64,000 nt of DNA from positions 3,110 through 67,109 of the forward strand of contig JAPYSB010000008.1 of assembly GCA_029936675.1 (NCBI GenBank), written 5' to 3'. A program made the translations under genes and the position numbers. The stretch comes from Dehalococcoidia bacterium (GTDB taxonomy: Bacteria > Chloroflexota > Dehalococcoidia > Lucifugimonadales > UBA826). The notes beneath the pieces were generated by a model. It was not told where the DNA came from. It saw nothing but the letters and a program-made list of their open reading frames with translations, and did no database searches. Positions 8,693-18,373 of this stretch are shown piece after piece. Position 1 is the first letter of the stretch. Every line of letters starts with the position of its first letter.

Positions 8693-10024
8693 TTGATCTC
8701 TAGAAAAAAAGATAACCCGGCTGACCCAAATCATATTCCAGATACTTCGATGAATCCTGGACAGAAAAGATTTAAGTTCTTCTATGGTTGGTGGATTTGT
8801 ATTGGTGGCGCTTTTGTTATGGCCATGTCATCTGGAATTAATTTTCACGGATTTGGCAACTTCATTATTCCTTTGAGCAAAGAATTTGGTTGGAGTAGAA
8901 CCACCGTGTCGGCCGTGTTCTCTCTGGCTAGACTTGAAGCTGGATTTATCGGGCCTGTAGAAGGATGGGCGGTTGATAGAATGGGCCCAAGAAAATTAAT
9001 GTTAGTCGGGATACCCTTGATGGGGTTGGGGTTCATTTTATTAAGCCAGGTTAGTAGCCTGCTTACATTTATGCTGGTTTATATTCTTGGTATAACATTG
9101 GGGAACAGCCTTGGAATGCACGTGCCTGCTTCAGCGGCCGTTGCTAATTGGTTCAATAGAAAAAGAGGATTGGCATTTGGGGTTATGTGGTCCGGTGTGG
9201 GGTTGGGAGGGTTATTGGTGCCAGCCTTGGGATGGGCCATTGATGCCTATGGGTGGAGGGATGCTTCGATTTACGTAGGTATTTTCGTTATATTTCTTGG
9301 TGTGCCTGTCGCTGCTTTGATGAGGCATAGACCGGAGCAGTACGGATTCTTGCCTGATGGACAAATAATTCCTCAGAAAACCTCCAATGAAAGACTCGTT
9401 AAAAGTGAAGAATTTGAAGGTGACTTCACGGCTCGGGAGGCTCTTCAGACTTCGAGTTTTTGGTTTCTATCTTTATCAATCATGGCGAGATCTCTAGTTA
9501 CTGGAGGGGTCGGGCTTCATTTGGTTCCGTACTTTGTTGGATTGGGAGCTAGCCCCATAGAGGCCGCAGCATATGCGGGTTCGGTTGGTGTCATAAGTAT
9601 TCCAGGACGCTTTGGCCTCAGTTACCTAGGAGATTATTTTAATAGGCGTTATATGATGGCAATTTCGCTACTATTTATGACTTTGTCTATTGTGTTATTA
9701 GCCACAGCTGATTCCCTGTCAGCTTCTATTCCTGGGTTGGTTACCTATGCGATCTCTCAAGGTGGAATCTCTGTTATACCGCAATCCATTATTGCCGATT
9801 ATTTTGGAAGGAAAGCATTTGCAACAATTTCTGGATTTAGAAGCAGTATTCAAATGTTAGGGATAATTGTTGGCCCAGTAGTATCTGGGTTTGTATACGA
9901 TAGAAATGGTAGTTATGAATGGGCCTTTTTGGGATTTGCGGCAGCCTCAGTTGTGTCTATGTTGTTGGTTCTTATGGCACTGCCTCCTTCGCCTCGACAT
10001 CAGGATATATTGGAAACTTCCTAG
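8693..10024 (+). CDS. MFS transporter (oxalate/formate antiporter-like)
   Basis: 443 aa with about 12 predicted TM segments and a central cytoplasmic loop. The start is uncertain: TTG at 8693 or ATG at codon 20. Confidence 0.8.
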   Translation: MISRKKDNPADPNHIPDTSMNPGQKRFKFFYGWWICIGGAFVMAMSSGINFHGFGNFIIPLSKEFGWSRTTVSAVFSLARLEAGFIGPVEGWAVDRMGPRKLMLVGIPLMGLGFILLSQVSSLLTFMLVYILGITLGNSLGMHVPASAAVANWFNRKRGLAFGVMWSGVGLGGLLVPALGWAIDAYGWRDASIYVGIFVIFLGVPVAALMRHRPEQYGFLPDGQIIPQKTSNERLVKSEEFEGDFTAREALQTSSFWFLSLSIMARSLVTGGVGLHLVPYFVGLGASPIEAAAYAGSVGVISIPGRFGLSYLGDYFNRRYMMAISLLFMTLSIVLLATADSLSASIPGLVTYAISQGGISVIPQSIIADYFGRKAFATISGFRSSIQMLGIIVGPVVSGFVYDRNGSYEWAFLGFAAASVVSMLLVLMALPPSPRHQDILETS

Positions 10025-10079
10025 TAATCACATATTTTGTTGTGATTTTATGCTAGAATCCGACCATTAAAAATTTAAA

Positions 10080-10180
10080 CCAATTTGGGGGAGCTTGGAA
10101 CGGCCAGGCTGAGAGGGCAACGCTGATGTTGTCGACCCATCAAATACCTGATCTGGGTAATGCCAGCGGAGGGATCTCAA
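10080..10180 (+). promoter_or_regulatory. TPP (THI-box) riboswitch aptamer
   Basis: GGGGAGC...CUGAGAG...ACCC...ACCUGAUCUGGGUAAUGCCAGCGGAGGGA matches the conserved THI element core. It lies upstream of thiamine salvage genes. An extended -10 (TGCTAGAAT, 10051-10059) sits just upstream. Confidence 0.9.
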
Positions 10181-10200
10181 TAAAAAGCACACAATATCCT

Positions 10201-10229
10201 GGCCGCCACACAGAGGGCGGTTTTTTTTT
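10201..10229 (+). terminator. Intrinsic terminator forming the riboswitch expression platform
   Basis: CCGCC (10203-10207) pairs with GGCGG (10216-10220) and is followed by T9. CCTGGCC (10198-10204) is complementary to aptamer GGCCAGG (10102-10108), which makes a plausible antiterminator. Confidence 0.75.
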
Positions 10230-10255
10230 GCGTTTTTGTTAGAACTCAAATTTAA

Positions 10256-11029
10256 ATGGAAAAAATAGTAGATAACCACATAAACATTGCTGGTCTTAAG
10301 AAAACCATTTATCAGGACGGGAACCCGTTGAAAATTTTGGACGGGGTGGATTTAACAATTCAGAAATCTGAAGTTATCTCTGTGTTAGGCCCGAGTGGTT
10401 GTGGTAAAAGTACTCTTCTTAACATTATCGCCGGTCTTGATGAGCCTGACGAAGGTGATATCAATATAAATGGGTTGGATTTTGGCTCCAGATTGGGGTC
10501 AGTGGGATATATGCAGCAAAAGGATCTTTTACTGCCATGGCGGTCAGTAAAAGATAATGTCATCCTTGGTTTGGAAATCAGAGGTGTATCAAAGAGGCAG
10601 TCTTATGAAATGGTAGAGCCACATTTCCAATCTTTTGGGCTATCTGGCTTTGAATCAAACTACCCGCATACTTTATCAGGGGGTATGAAACAAAGAGCGT
10701 CATTTCTCAGGACTGTAATAACCGAACCAGATATCCTTCTTCTTGATGAACCATTTAGCGCCCTTGATGCATTAAATAGATCTCGCCTGCAGATGTGGTT
10801 GTTGGATTTGCTGGAAGGGATACATCGAACGGTTTTATTGGTCACGCATGATGTTGATGAAGCCATTATGCTTTCAGACAGAATTTATGTGATGACATCC
10901 CGGCCCGGGCGGATTAATTCGGTAGAGGAAGTTCCATATCCAAGACCTAGAAACCGTGAGATCGTCAACGATAGCTCATTTGTCGAATTGAAATCTAAAA
11001 TACTTTCCTTTCTTTGGGATCAGGATTAG
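10256..11029 (+). CDS. thiZ: ABC transporter ATP-binding protein, NitT/TauT family (thiamine-pyrimidine uptake)
   Basis: Walker [10 protein letters not shown], signature SGGMKQR, Walker B LLLDEP. First gene after the TPP riboswitch. Confidence 0.85.
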   Translation: MEKIVDNHINIAGLKKTIYQDGNPLKILDGVDLTIQKSEVISVLGPSGCGKSTLLNIIAGLDEPDEGDININGLDFGSRLGSVGYMQQKDLLLPWRSVKDNVILGLEIRGVSKRQSYEMVEPHFQSFGLSGFESNYPHTLSGGMKQRASFLRTVITEPDILLLDEPFSALDALNRSRLQMWLLDLLEGIHRTVLLVTHDVDEAIMLSDRIYVMTSRPGRINSVEEVPYPRPRNREIVNDSSFVELKSKILSFLWDQD

Positions 11030-11794
11030 ATGATGATAAATTGGTTGGTTAAATGGAGCCCAGCTTTCGGAATAGTATGTTTGATTGTGGGGGCATGGCA
11101 ATTACTTGTGAAAATACAAGAAATACCTAGTTGGCTGTTACCCTCACCATCTTCTGTGGCAACTACTATTTATAGTGATCACAGTATGCTTATGAGGCAT
11201 ACCTTAGTAACTCTAGAAGAAATTATTCTAGGATTTTTTTTAGCCTTAGTTATGGGTGTCATTTTAGCCTCCGCTATTTGCCTTTCTCAGACAATCGAAA
11301 AGGCTTTATATCCGTTCATCATCGCTTCCCAAACAGTACCTATTATTGTTATAGCTCCCATGTTATTGGTTTGGATTGGGTATGGATTGGCACCCAAAAT
11401 AATAGTAGTAGCCTTGATAAGTTTTTTCCCCATTGTGGTTAATACTGTGGATGGCATGAAATCTATCGATCCCGATATTCAAAAGTTAATGCGTACCTTA
11501 GGGGGGAAAAAAGCTCAGGTGTTTTCGAAAATTATGATTCCGTCCTCTCTCCCTTATTTGTTCTCGGGCCTTAGGGTTGCCATAGCGATCAGCGTGATAG
11601 GTGCGGTAATCGGTGAGTGGGTTGGTTCTAGTGAAGGACTCGGGTATCTGATGATTCGATCTAAGCCGCAATTTCAAACTGAGCGAGTATTTGCCGCGAT
11701 CATAATTCTATCTTTTATAGGGATAGGGTTATTTGCTTTAATAACCTATCTCGAGAAGGTCTTTGTACCGTGGTCCAATGAACAGAGAAATTAA
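11030..11794 (+). CDS. thiX: ABC transporter permease, NitT/TauT family (thiamine-pyrimidine uptake)
   Basis: 254 aa membrane protein. Abuts the ATPase stop codon. Confidence 0.82.
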   Translation: MMINWLVKWSPAFGIVCLIVGAWQLLVKIQEIPSWLLPSPSSVATTIYSDHSMLMRHTLVTLEEIILGFFLALVMGVILASAICLSQTIEKALYPFIIASQTVPIIVIAPMLLVWIGYGLAPKIIVVALISFFPIVVNTVDGMKSIDPDIQKLMRTLGGKKAQVFSKIMIPSSLPYLFSGLRVAIAISVIGAVIGEWVGSSEGLGYLMIRSKPQFQTERVFAAIIILSFIGIGLFALITYLEKVFVPWSNEQRN

Positions 11795-11827
11795 ACTTAT
11801 GGAATACAAATGTTTAAAGGATGATGA

Positions 11828-12808
11828 ATGAAAAATAAATTGATGGGATTTATCTTGCTAACAGTGTTAGCTTTTCTAAACTTATCTTGCGACACCTCAA
11901 CAGAGATTGTTCAAGTGAAGCTTGCGTTGGATTGGTACCCAAATGCTAATCATATCGGATTATATATTGCTCAAGAAAAGGGCTATTTTGAAGATGAAAA
12001 TTTAGAAGTTGAAATATATACCCCGTCAGATCCTTCTACAGTTTTACAAACAGTAGCTTCGGGTGCAGATGATTTTGGTATGAATTACCAACCGGATGTT
12101 CTAATAGCGCGTTCAGAAGGGGTTCCGATCATTTCAGTTTTGGGGATGGTGCAACACCCGTTGAATTCTATAATGGTATTGCAGTCTTCTGGAAACAAAA
12201 CGCCGAAAGATCTGAAAGGGAAAAAGGTAGGATATCCAGGCATTCCTTGGAATGAAGATGCCTTGAATACTATGCTTGAGTCTGATGGTCTGAATGGGCT
12301 GGAAGATATAGAACTAGTGAATGTAGGATGGGAATTGGGATCAGCTATGATATCTGAAAGGGTAGATGCGATTATCGGAGCTTATTTTACTCATGAGAGC
12401 ATACTTCTTAAAAATGAAGGATATCCTGTTAATGTGATGCGAATGGAAGAATGGGGCGTTCCAGACTATTACGAATTAGTGATGGTGACGAGTGAAGATT
12501 ATTTATCAGAAAATGCCAATGTTGTGGAAAGATTCACCCGAGCCGTCGGCAAGGGGTACACCGATGCCATTTCAGATCCGCAAACAGGTGTTGATATCTT
12601 GAAGAAATACTTTCCTGAAATAGATGAAGATACCGATAGGCCAGGGGCAAATTTGCTCCAGGATTTGTGGAAGGGAAAAAATGGCAGATTTGGGACTCAA
12701 GAAGAGGTTAGATGGGTATCTTTTTCTAACTGGATGAAAGCGAGGAATATTATAGATGCAAATCTAGATCCAAAAGCTGCTTTCACAGATAAATTTTCTA
12801 CCGAATAA
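11828..12808 (+). CDS. thiY: NMT1/THI5-like substrate-binding lipoprotein (HMP/formylaminopyrimidine binding)
   Basis: Signal peptide ending LNLSC. LDWYPNANHIGLYIAQEKGYF is typical of ThiY/THI5-like proteins. Confidence 0.82.
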   Translation: MKNKLMGFILLTVLAFLNLSCDTSTEIVQVKLALDWYPNANHIGLYIAQEKGYFEDENLEVEIYTPSDPSTVLQTVASGADDFGMNYQPDVLIARSEGVPIISVLGMVQHPLNSIMVLQSSGNKTPKDLKGKKVGYPGIPWNEDALNTMLESDGLNGLEDIELVNVGWELGSAMISERVDAIIGAYFTHESILLKNEGYPVNVMRMEEWGVPDYYELVMVTSEDYLSENANVVERFTRAVGKGYTDAISDPQTGVDILKKYFPEIDEDTDRPGANLLQDLWKGKNGRFGTQEEVRWVSFSNWMKARNIIDANLDPKAAFTDKFSTE

Positions 12809-12828
12809 AGTAAAAAAGGTTCCGGGAA

Positions 12829-13488
12829 GTGACGTTAACTTCTGATTTGAAAGCAAAATATTGTGGTCTGTGGGAATTGATGACTTATCATCGGTTTGTT
12901 TCACAATTGGGCGATAATTCCTTGCCGCCCGACGTATTCAAAACATATTTCCTTCAGGATTATGTTTTTGTAAATGATTTAGTCGTTTTAGCAGCTCAAG
13001 CAGTTGCAAAAGCTCCAAATTTGAATGCTGCCTCAATTTTCAATGATTTTCTGACCGGTGTGTTGGATCCAGAAAATGACCTATTTATGAGATTTTTTAA
13101 TCAACTAGGAGCATCTGAAAAAGATTATTTTTCTGTTAAGGCTTCTCCTACTACTCAAGCTTTTGGGGATTTTTTAGTCAGGACGTCTTTGGAAGGTACT
13201 TTTGATGAAATTGCTCTGGTGTTATATGTCACCGAAGGTACTTATTTGGATTGGGGAGCCCGGTTGATGGAAGAAAAAGTAAATCCGGCCAATTCTGTTT
13301 ACAGAGAATGGATTGATCTTCATGGACCTGAAGTACTGGGGGACTTGGTGTTTTGGTTAGAAAATTATATAAATAACGATTCAAAAATATCAGCTGAAAG
13401 GGCCGATTACCTATTTCACACAGCTCTTAGGTACGAATTTTTGTTTTGGGAATCTGCATACAATGATGAACTTTGGTTTGATGTTTAA
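12829..13488 (+). CDS. tenA: Aminopyrimidine aminohydrolase (thiaminase II)
   Basis: 219 aa with a GTG start. TenA-type helices (FLQDYVFVND, RYEFLFWESAY). Confidence 0.88.
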   Translation: MTLTSDLKAKYCGLWELMTYHRFVSQLGDNSLPPDVFKTYFLQDYVFVNDLVVLAAQAVAKAPNLNAASIFNDFLTGVLDPENDLFMRFFNQLGASEKDYFSVKASPTTQAFGDFLVRTSLEGTFDEIALVLYVTEGTYLDWGARLMEEKVNPANSVYREWIDLHGPEVLGDLVFWLENYINNDSKISAERADYLFHTALRYEFLFWESAYNDELWFDV

Positions 13489-13514
13489 ATGAAGATGAAT
13501 TTAGGGGATCAACT

Positions 13515-14345
13515 ATGAAGGCACGAACGAAACCCACACCAAAATGTTTGACGATAGCTGGATCAGATTCTGGTGGAGGTGCCGGTATTCAAGCGGACCT
13601 TAAAACTTTTGCCGCGAATGGAGTTTATGGAACCTCAGCAGTAACAGCCATAACCGCTCAAAATACTACTGGGGTACAAGATATATTGGAACTGCCAGTC
13701 ACTTTAATTGAAAACCAAATTGATTCTGTGTTGACAGATATCGGAACCGATGCTGTTAAAACTGGTATGTTGTTTAGCTCTGAAATAATCAGAGCTGTGG
13801 TCAGGAAGTTATCCCAATACCAAATCGAGAATATAGTCGTTGATCCCGTTATGGTGGCAAAAGGTGGTGATAAGTTATTGCATGATGAAGCTATAGAAGC
13901 TTTAAAAACAGAACTCATTCCGATTGCTTCAGTCGTTACCCCAAATGGGCCTGAAGCTACTGCCATTACAGGTATAAATGTTGTTGATGCAAATAGTGCG
14001 AAAGCTGCCGCTGTTAGGCTAGTAGAAATGGGTTGTAAATCAGCCGTGGTGAAAGGCGGCCATATGGATGAAGGCCCAGCTACTGACATATTTTATGATG
14101 GCACATCGTTTTATCTCTTCACCACCAAGAGGGTCAACACACTCAACACTCATGGGACTGGTTGTACTTTCGCATCCGCAATCGCTGCTGGTGTCGCTAA
14201 AGGGATGTCAACAAGAAATTCTGTCAGCCAAGCAAAAGCGTTCGTTACCGGTTCAATTCGACATGACTTAAAGATTGGTACTGGCCACGGACCTCTTAAT
14301 CATTTCCACGAATATTGGAAATCCGATGAGTTAGAAATTGATTGA
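13515..14345 (+). CDS. thiD: Hydroxymethylpyrimidine/phosphomethylpyrimidine kinase
   Basis: LTIAGSDSGGGAGIQADLKT, DPVMVAKGG and GTGCTFASAIAA motifs. Confidence 0.95.
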   Translation: MKARTKPTPKCLTIAGSDSGGGAGIQADLKTFAANGVYGTSAVTAITAQNTTGVQDILELPVTLIENQIDSVLTDIGTDAVKTGMLFSSEIIRAVVRKLSQYQIENIVVDPVMVAKGGDKLLHDEAIEALKTELIPIASVVTPNGPEATAITGINVVDANSAKAAAVRLVEMGCKSAVVKGGHMDEGPATDIFYDGTSFYLFTTKRVNTLNTHGTGCTFASAIAAGVAKGMSTRNSVSQAKAFVTGSIRHDLKIGTGHGPLNHFHEYWKSDELEID

Positions 14346-14407
14346 ATGTACACTACGAGATGTTATGATGCAGCGGTTTTTTGATTATTTTGAAGTTGGA
14401 GATGTAA

Positions 14408-15688
14408 ATGGAGTCTGCTGAAATAAGCCCGGAGCTCAGAAAAGGGAGAAATCAATTAGCTGTTACAGTTATATTGGGCCATGCCGTGAAACATGTCTTC
14501 AATTCTTCCTTACCTCTTCTTCTCACGATGCTAAAGAGTGATATGAACCTCACGGCGACCCAGTACGGGGTAATTGCTGGCATTGGTAGAGGCACCAGCG
14601 GTGCTACGACAATGGTCGCTGGTTATTTGGGTGAGAGATTCGCAAACCGAGCTGGGCTGATGTTGTTTGTTTCCCTAAGTATGATGGGGATATCGTATTT
14701 CCTACTAGGAATAGCTCCTAGTTACTGGTGGGTCCTTGCTGCCATGATGCTTGTGGGAATCGGCCCGTCACTCTACCATCCCCCGGCGATAGCCTCATTA
14801 TCAAGGAAGTTTCCTGACAGACGGGGGTTTGCAATATCACTTCATGGAACTGGAGGTTCAGTAGGTGAAATGTTGGGCCCTATAGTTGTGGGCCTACTAA
14901 CAACAGAAGCCTTTAAAGTTGGGTCCATAATTTCCATTACATATTTGGTTGCCTTTGAATGGGACGAAGTACTTAGAATCAGTGTTGCCCCAGCCTTAGT
15001 GTTTGCTGTTTTGGTATATCTCATGATGAGAAATATTCCAACTGCCGATAGCGAAACGGGTTCTGTAAGGGAATATTTTGGTGATCTGGGCATTTTGCTA
15101 AAAGACAAGATTATGCTCGGGCTTATATTTGTTACAGCCTTTAGAGCAATGGGTCAGGCATCGATAATGTATTTTTTGCCTTTATATTTGTTTTCTTCCT
15201 TTGCGGAAGGCGGCTTGGGTAAAGACCAATTGACGGTGGGGTTTTATATGGCGGGTGCCCAAGTAACAGGGATAGCGGCGCAACCAATTATGGGGTGGTT
15301 GTCGGATAGGTATGGTAGAAAAATTGTTCTTGTTCCGGCGATGACTTTGTTGGGGGTTCTTTACATAAGTTTAAGTTTTGCAAACGATGGCCTTCAGTTA
15401 ATATTTAACGTGCTAGCACTGGGTGCTTTTGTTTACTCTCTTCATACTATATTTATTGCAGCCGCTATGGACGTCGCTAAAGGTAAAGCTCAGTCTACTG
15501 TGGTGTCATTAATATATGGGGCTAGCTTTTTTGGAACTGTATCGCCAATCATTGCCGGTTTCCTTGTGGATAGCTACGGTATAAAAAGCGCTTTTATATA
15601 CAGCGGAATCGTGGCTTTAGTTTCGACACTGATACTTGGAACATTGAAATTGCCGAAAACTATCAATCAGCAGGGATTACACTCATAG
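14408..15688 (+). CDS. MFS transporter, substrate unknown
   Basis: 426 aa with about 12 TM segments. GGAG lies 8 nt before the ATG. It starts 62 nt after thiD on the same strand. Confidence 0.8.
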   Translation: MESAEISPELRKGRNQLAVTVILGHAVKHVFNSSLPLLLTMLKSDMNLTATQYGVIAGIGRGTSGATTMVAGYLGERFANRAGLMLFVSLSMMGISYFLLGIAPSYWWVLAAMMLVGIGPSLYHPPAIASLSRKFPDRRGFAISLHGTGGSVGEMLGPIVVGLLTTEAFKVGSIISITYLVAFEWDEVLRISVAPALVFAVLVYLMMRNIPTADSETGSVREYFGDLGILLKDKIMLGLIFVTAFRAMGQASIMYFLPLYLFSSFAEGGLGKDQLTVGFYMAGAQVTGIAAQPIMGWLSDRYGRKIVLVPAMTLLGVLYISLSFANDGLQLIFNVLALGAFVYSLHTIFIAAAMDVAKGKAQSTVVSLIYGASFFGTVSPIIAGFLVDSYGIKSAFIYSGIVALVSTLILGTLKLPKTINQQGLHS

Positions 15689-15705
15689 TCGCTCTGCTCT
15701 GACTG

Positions 15706-16899
15706 TCAAACTTGAATTATATAGGGTGTGGTTTGCCTTTCAGTTGTGACTGCTGGGCCAGTTTCGTAATAGAACAAATCGATTTCAGATCTAACCCCAA
15801 ATTCTCCTGGTATGTATATTCCGGGTTCAACCGTAAACCCAATTCCTGGAGATATAATGCGAGTGTCATTTGTTTCCCATCCATCTAAATTGACCGCGTT
15901 TCCATGGACCTCTTTACCTAGGCTATGACCCAACCTGTGACTGAAATATTTCCCATATCCAGTATTCTGAATATAATTACGAGCTTCAGCATCAACCTCC
16001 CAACCTTGCAATTGCCTACCATCACGGTGAGCTTTTTCTAATAAGCACACTGCTGCGTTCCGTCCACCCACCACCGCATCAAATACTTCTAAATGCTTCG
16101 CAGGCACCGTATCGCCAATAAAAGCCGTCCAAGTTATATCTGCACATACGGAGGGCTCATGCCCTATTCTTCCCCAAAGGTCTATTAATATCCAGTCACC
16201 TGTCTTGATTGCGACCCTGTTGCTCTCAGTGGGTTCAAAATGAGGATCTGCCGCGTGGTCATTTATCGCCACCACAGGCCCATCAGGGGTTTTGAGGTCT
16301 CGTTCTAAAAATTTCCCTCGTATAAATTCTGCTACCTCAAATTCTGTCAAATTAGAACCTATATTTTCTCCAATATGTGTAAAAGCCTCTTTTACAGTCG
16401 TAGTTAGAATCTCTGATGCCTCGAGGTGTGACTTTAACTCCTTATCAGACCATCTTTGTGTAGCGTATTGGATTAAATCAGCGGAAGTGACAACTTCAAC
16501 CCCTAGGCTTCTAACAAGCTCTAAAGTGCCCCCATCGACCTTTGTGACCCGAGGCAAACCTCCCATTGGTGAGTATTCCATAGCCACCTTTCCCTGCACT
16601 GGCATATGAGATTTTAGGATATCAATCATTTGCTCTCTGCTTACCCACAAATCAGTTTTTAACCCCAAATGCTCGAATCGATTTTGGTCTACGAAACTTA
16701 CTATAAGTTTTGGGTCAGAACTTACTGGGATCCAAAGCCAGCACGGTCTGGTCACATTCGGTATATAGCCGATTGTGTCCCAGAAAATTGGATTCATTCC
16801 CCTGTAGTCGTAAAGCAGCCAGCCATCGATTTTGTTTTCCTGCATGTATTCCTGGGCTTGGGCAAGAACATCTGAAATCGGGGTATCGTTTTGAGGCAT
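15706..16899 (-). CDS. M24-family Xaa-Pro aminopeptidase/dipeptidase
   Basis: 397 aa. Pita-bread metal ligands (DITWT, HRLGHSLG, EPGIY). Directly abuts the hisS stop. Confidence 0.85.
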   Translation of the reverse strand: MPQNDTPISDVLAQAQEYMQENKIDGWLLYDYRGMNPIFWDTIGYIPNVTRPCWLWIPVSSDPKLIVSFVDQNRFEHLGLKTDLWVSREQMIDILKSHMPVQGKVAMEYSPMGGLPRVTKVDGGTLELVRSLGVEVVTSADLIQYATQRWSDKELKSHLEASEILTTTVKEAFTHIGENIGSNLTEFEVAEFIRGKFLERDLKTPDGPVVAINDHAADPHFEPTESNRVAIKTGDWILIDLWGRIGHEPSVCADITWTAFIGDTVPAKHLEVFDAVVGGRNAAVCLLEKAHRDGRQLQGWEVDAEARNYIQNTGYGKYFSHRLGHSLGKEVHGNAVNLDGWETNDTRIISPGIGFTVEPGIYIPGEFGVRSEIDLFYYETGPAVTTERQTTPYIIQV

Positions 16900-18174
16900 T
16901 TAATTCACTCTATGGCTATTGTCGTAGTCTTTAACAAAATTTAGAATTCCATCTGCTGTCATTTCAGATTGATCTCCACTAGTCAGATCTCTCACAGTGT
17001 ATGTCCCACTGGAGAGTTCATCGTCTCCTATAATTATTGTGTGTGATGCATTCATATTAGATGCGTAGCGCATTTGGCTTTTTAATCCTCTTGAAGGGCC
17101 CACAAAAGCCTCTGCTCCTAACTGTCGTATTTCGGAGGATAAACGAATCGATTCCTTCTTCGCGGGTTCTCCCATATGGGCAAGCATAATGTTTAGTTTG
17201 GAGTCAGCCACAATATTGATTCCAAGTCTTTTGATGTTCTCAATTACTCTTTCTATACCCATCCCAAACCCTATTCCGGGTGTCGCTGGGCCACCCAATT
17301 GTTCCAGTAGACCGTCATACCGGCCTCCCCCTGCTATCACATTGGTTCTTCTGTCAGTCGGAGGAGTTATTTCATATACGGTTCTCGAATAGTAATCGAG
17401 TCCTCTAACAAGGGTATTATCAACGTTGAATCTGATTCCGACTGCGGTTAAATATTCTTGGAGTTGTAACCAGTGAGTGTTGCACGGGATGCATAGATAT
17501 TCAGTACCTTTTGGAGCAGATTCAATAATTGGTTGGCACGATTCAATTTTGCAGTCTAATAAGCGAAGAGGGTTGGTATCCAGTCTTCTGTGGCAATCAG
17601 GGCAGAGTGAAGATGAATGATTTTGATAGTGAGTTTTTAAAGCATCGACGTATTTAGGTCTGCAATCCATATCACCAATGCTGTTAATGCTGAGGGATAT
17701 ATCATCGATACCTACGGCTTTCAAAAACCTCCAAGAAACTTCGATGACCTCTGCATCTATATAGGGGTCTGATTCTCCAAAGGCCTCTATGCCAAATTGG
17801 TGAAAGGCTCTGAACCGACCAGCCTGAGGTCTTTCGTATCTGAAATTTGGGCAAAGATAGAAAAGTCTCACCGGTTGGGGCATGTTATGCATACCGTGCT
17901 GAAGGTAGGCTCGACAAATAGAAGCTGTACCCTCCGGTCTAAGGGTTAGTGAATCCCCCCCTCTATCTTTAAAGGTGTAGGTTTCTTTTTCCACTATGTC
18001 TGTCGAATCACCAATTCCTCTAACGAACAGATTAGTATCTTCAAACACTGGTGTATCAATTCTTCTATATCCGAAGCTTTCAGCGACCTGTGAAGCGGTG
18101 CTTTCTACGTAGCGCCAATATCCTTGATCATCTGGTAAAACATCAGTAGTGCCTCGTGGGGCTTGGAATTCCAT
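16900..18174 (-). CDS. hisS: Histidine--tRNA ligase
   Basis: MEFQAPRGTTDVLPDD N-terminus, class II motifs (FRYERPQAGRFRAFHQ, GGGRYDGL) and a C-terminal anticodon-binding domain. Confidence 0.96.
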   Translation of the reverse strand: MEFQAPRGTTDVLPDDQGYWRYVESTASQVAESFGYRRIDTPVFEDTNLFVRGIGDSTDIVEKETYTFKDRGGDSLTLRPEGTASICRAYLQHGMHNMPQPVRLFYLCPNFRYERPQAGRFRAFHQFGIEAFGESDPYIDAEVIEVSWRFLKAVGIDDISLSINSIGDMDCRPKYVDALKTHYQNHSSSLCPDCHRRLDTNPLRLLDCKIESCQPIIESAPKGTEYLCIPCNTHWLQLQEYLTAVGIRFNVDNTLVRGLDYYSRTVYEITPPTDRRTNVIAGGGRYDGLLEQLGGPATPGIGFGMGIERVIENIKRLGINIVADSKLNIMLAHMGEPAKKESIRLSSEIRQLGAEAFVGPSRGLKSQMRYASNMNASHTIIIGDDELSSGTYTVRDLTSGDQSEMTADGILNFVKDYDNSHRVN

Positions 18175-18373
18175 TTCATCTCCCTCTATTTTGGAACCTA
18201 ATCATTTTATATTAAAAATTAAGATCAGAGTGGCTTCGTCATAATGTTCAAATTGCGATATAATTTGCAAACTTTCAAAATATATCCTAGTAGAAACAAA
18301 CGAGGAATGAGAGGAGCAAGCCAAGTGATGGTTTGGTTTGTTTGGTGACCAAGAGTTTGGAGAGTTTTGCTCC

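Noticed and set aside
10067-10279. 70-aa minus-strand ORF
   Set aside because: It lies antisense across the TPP riboswitch and its terminator. The region is explained by the RNA element.
18175-18337. Possible T-box leader for hisS (minus strand)
   Set aside because: I could not find the conserved T-box sequence (AGGGUGGUACCGCG-like) or a specifier/terminator arrangement on the minus strand.
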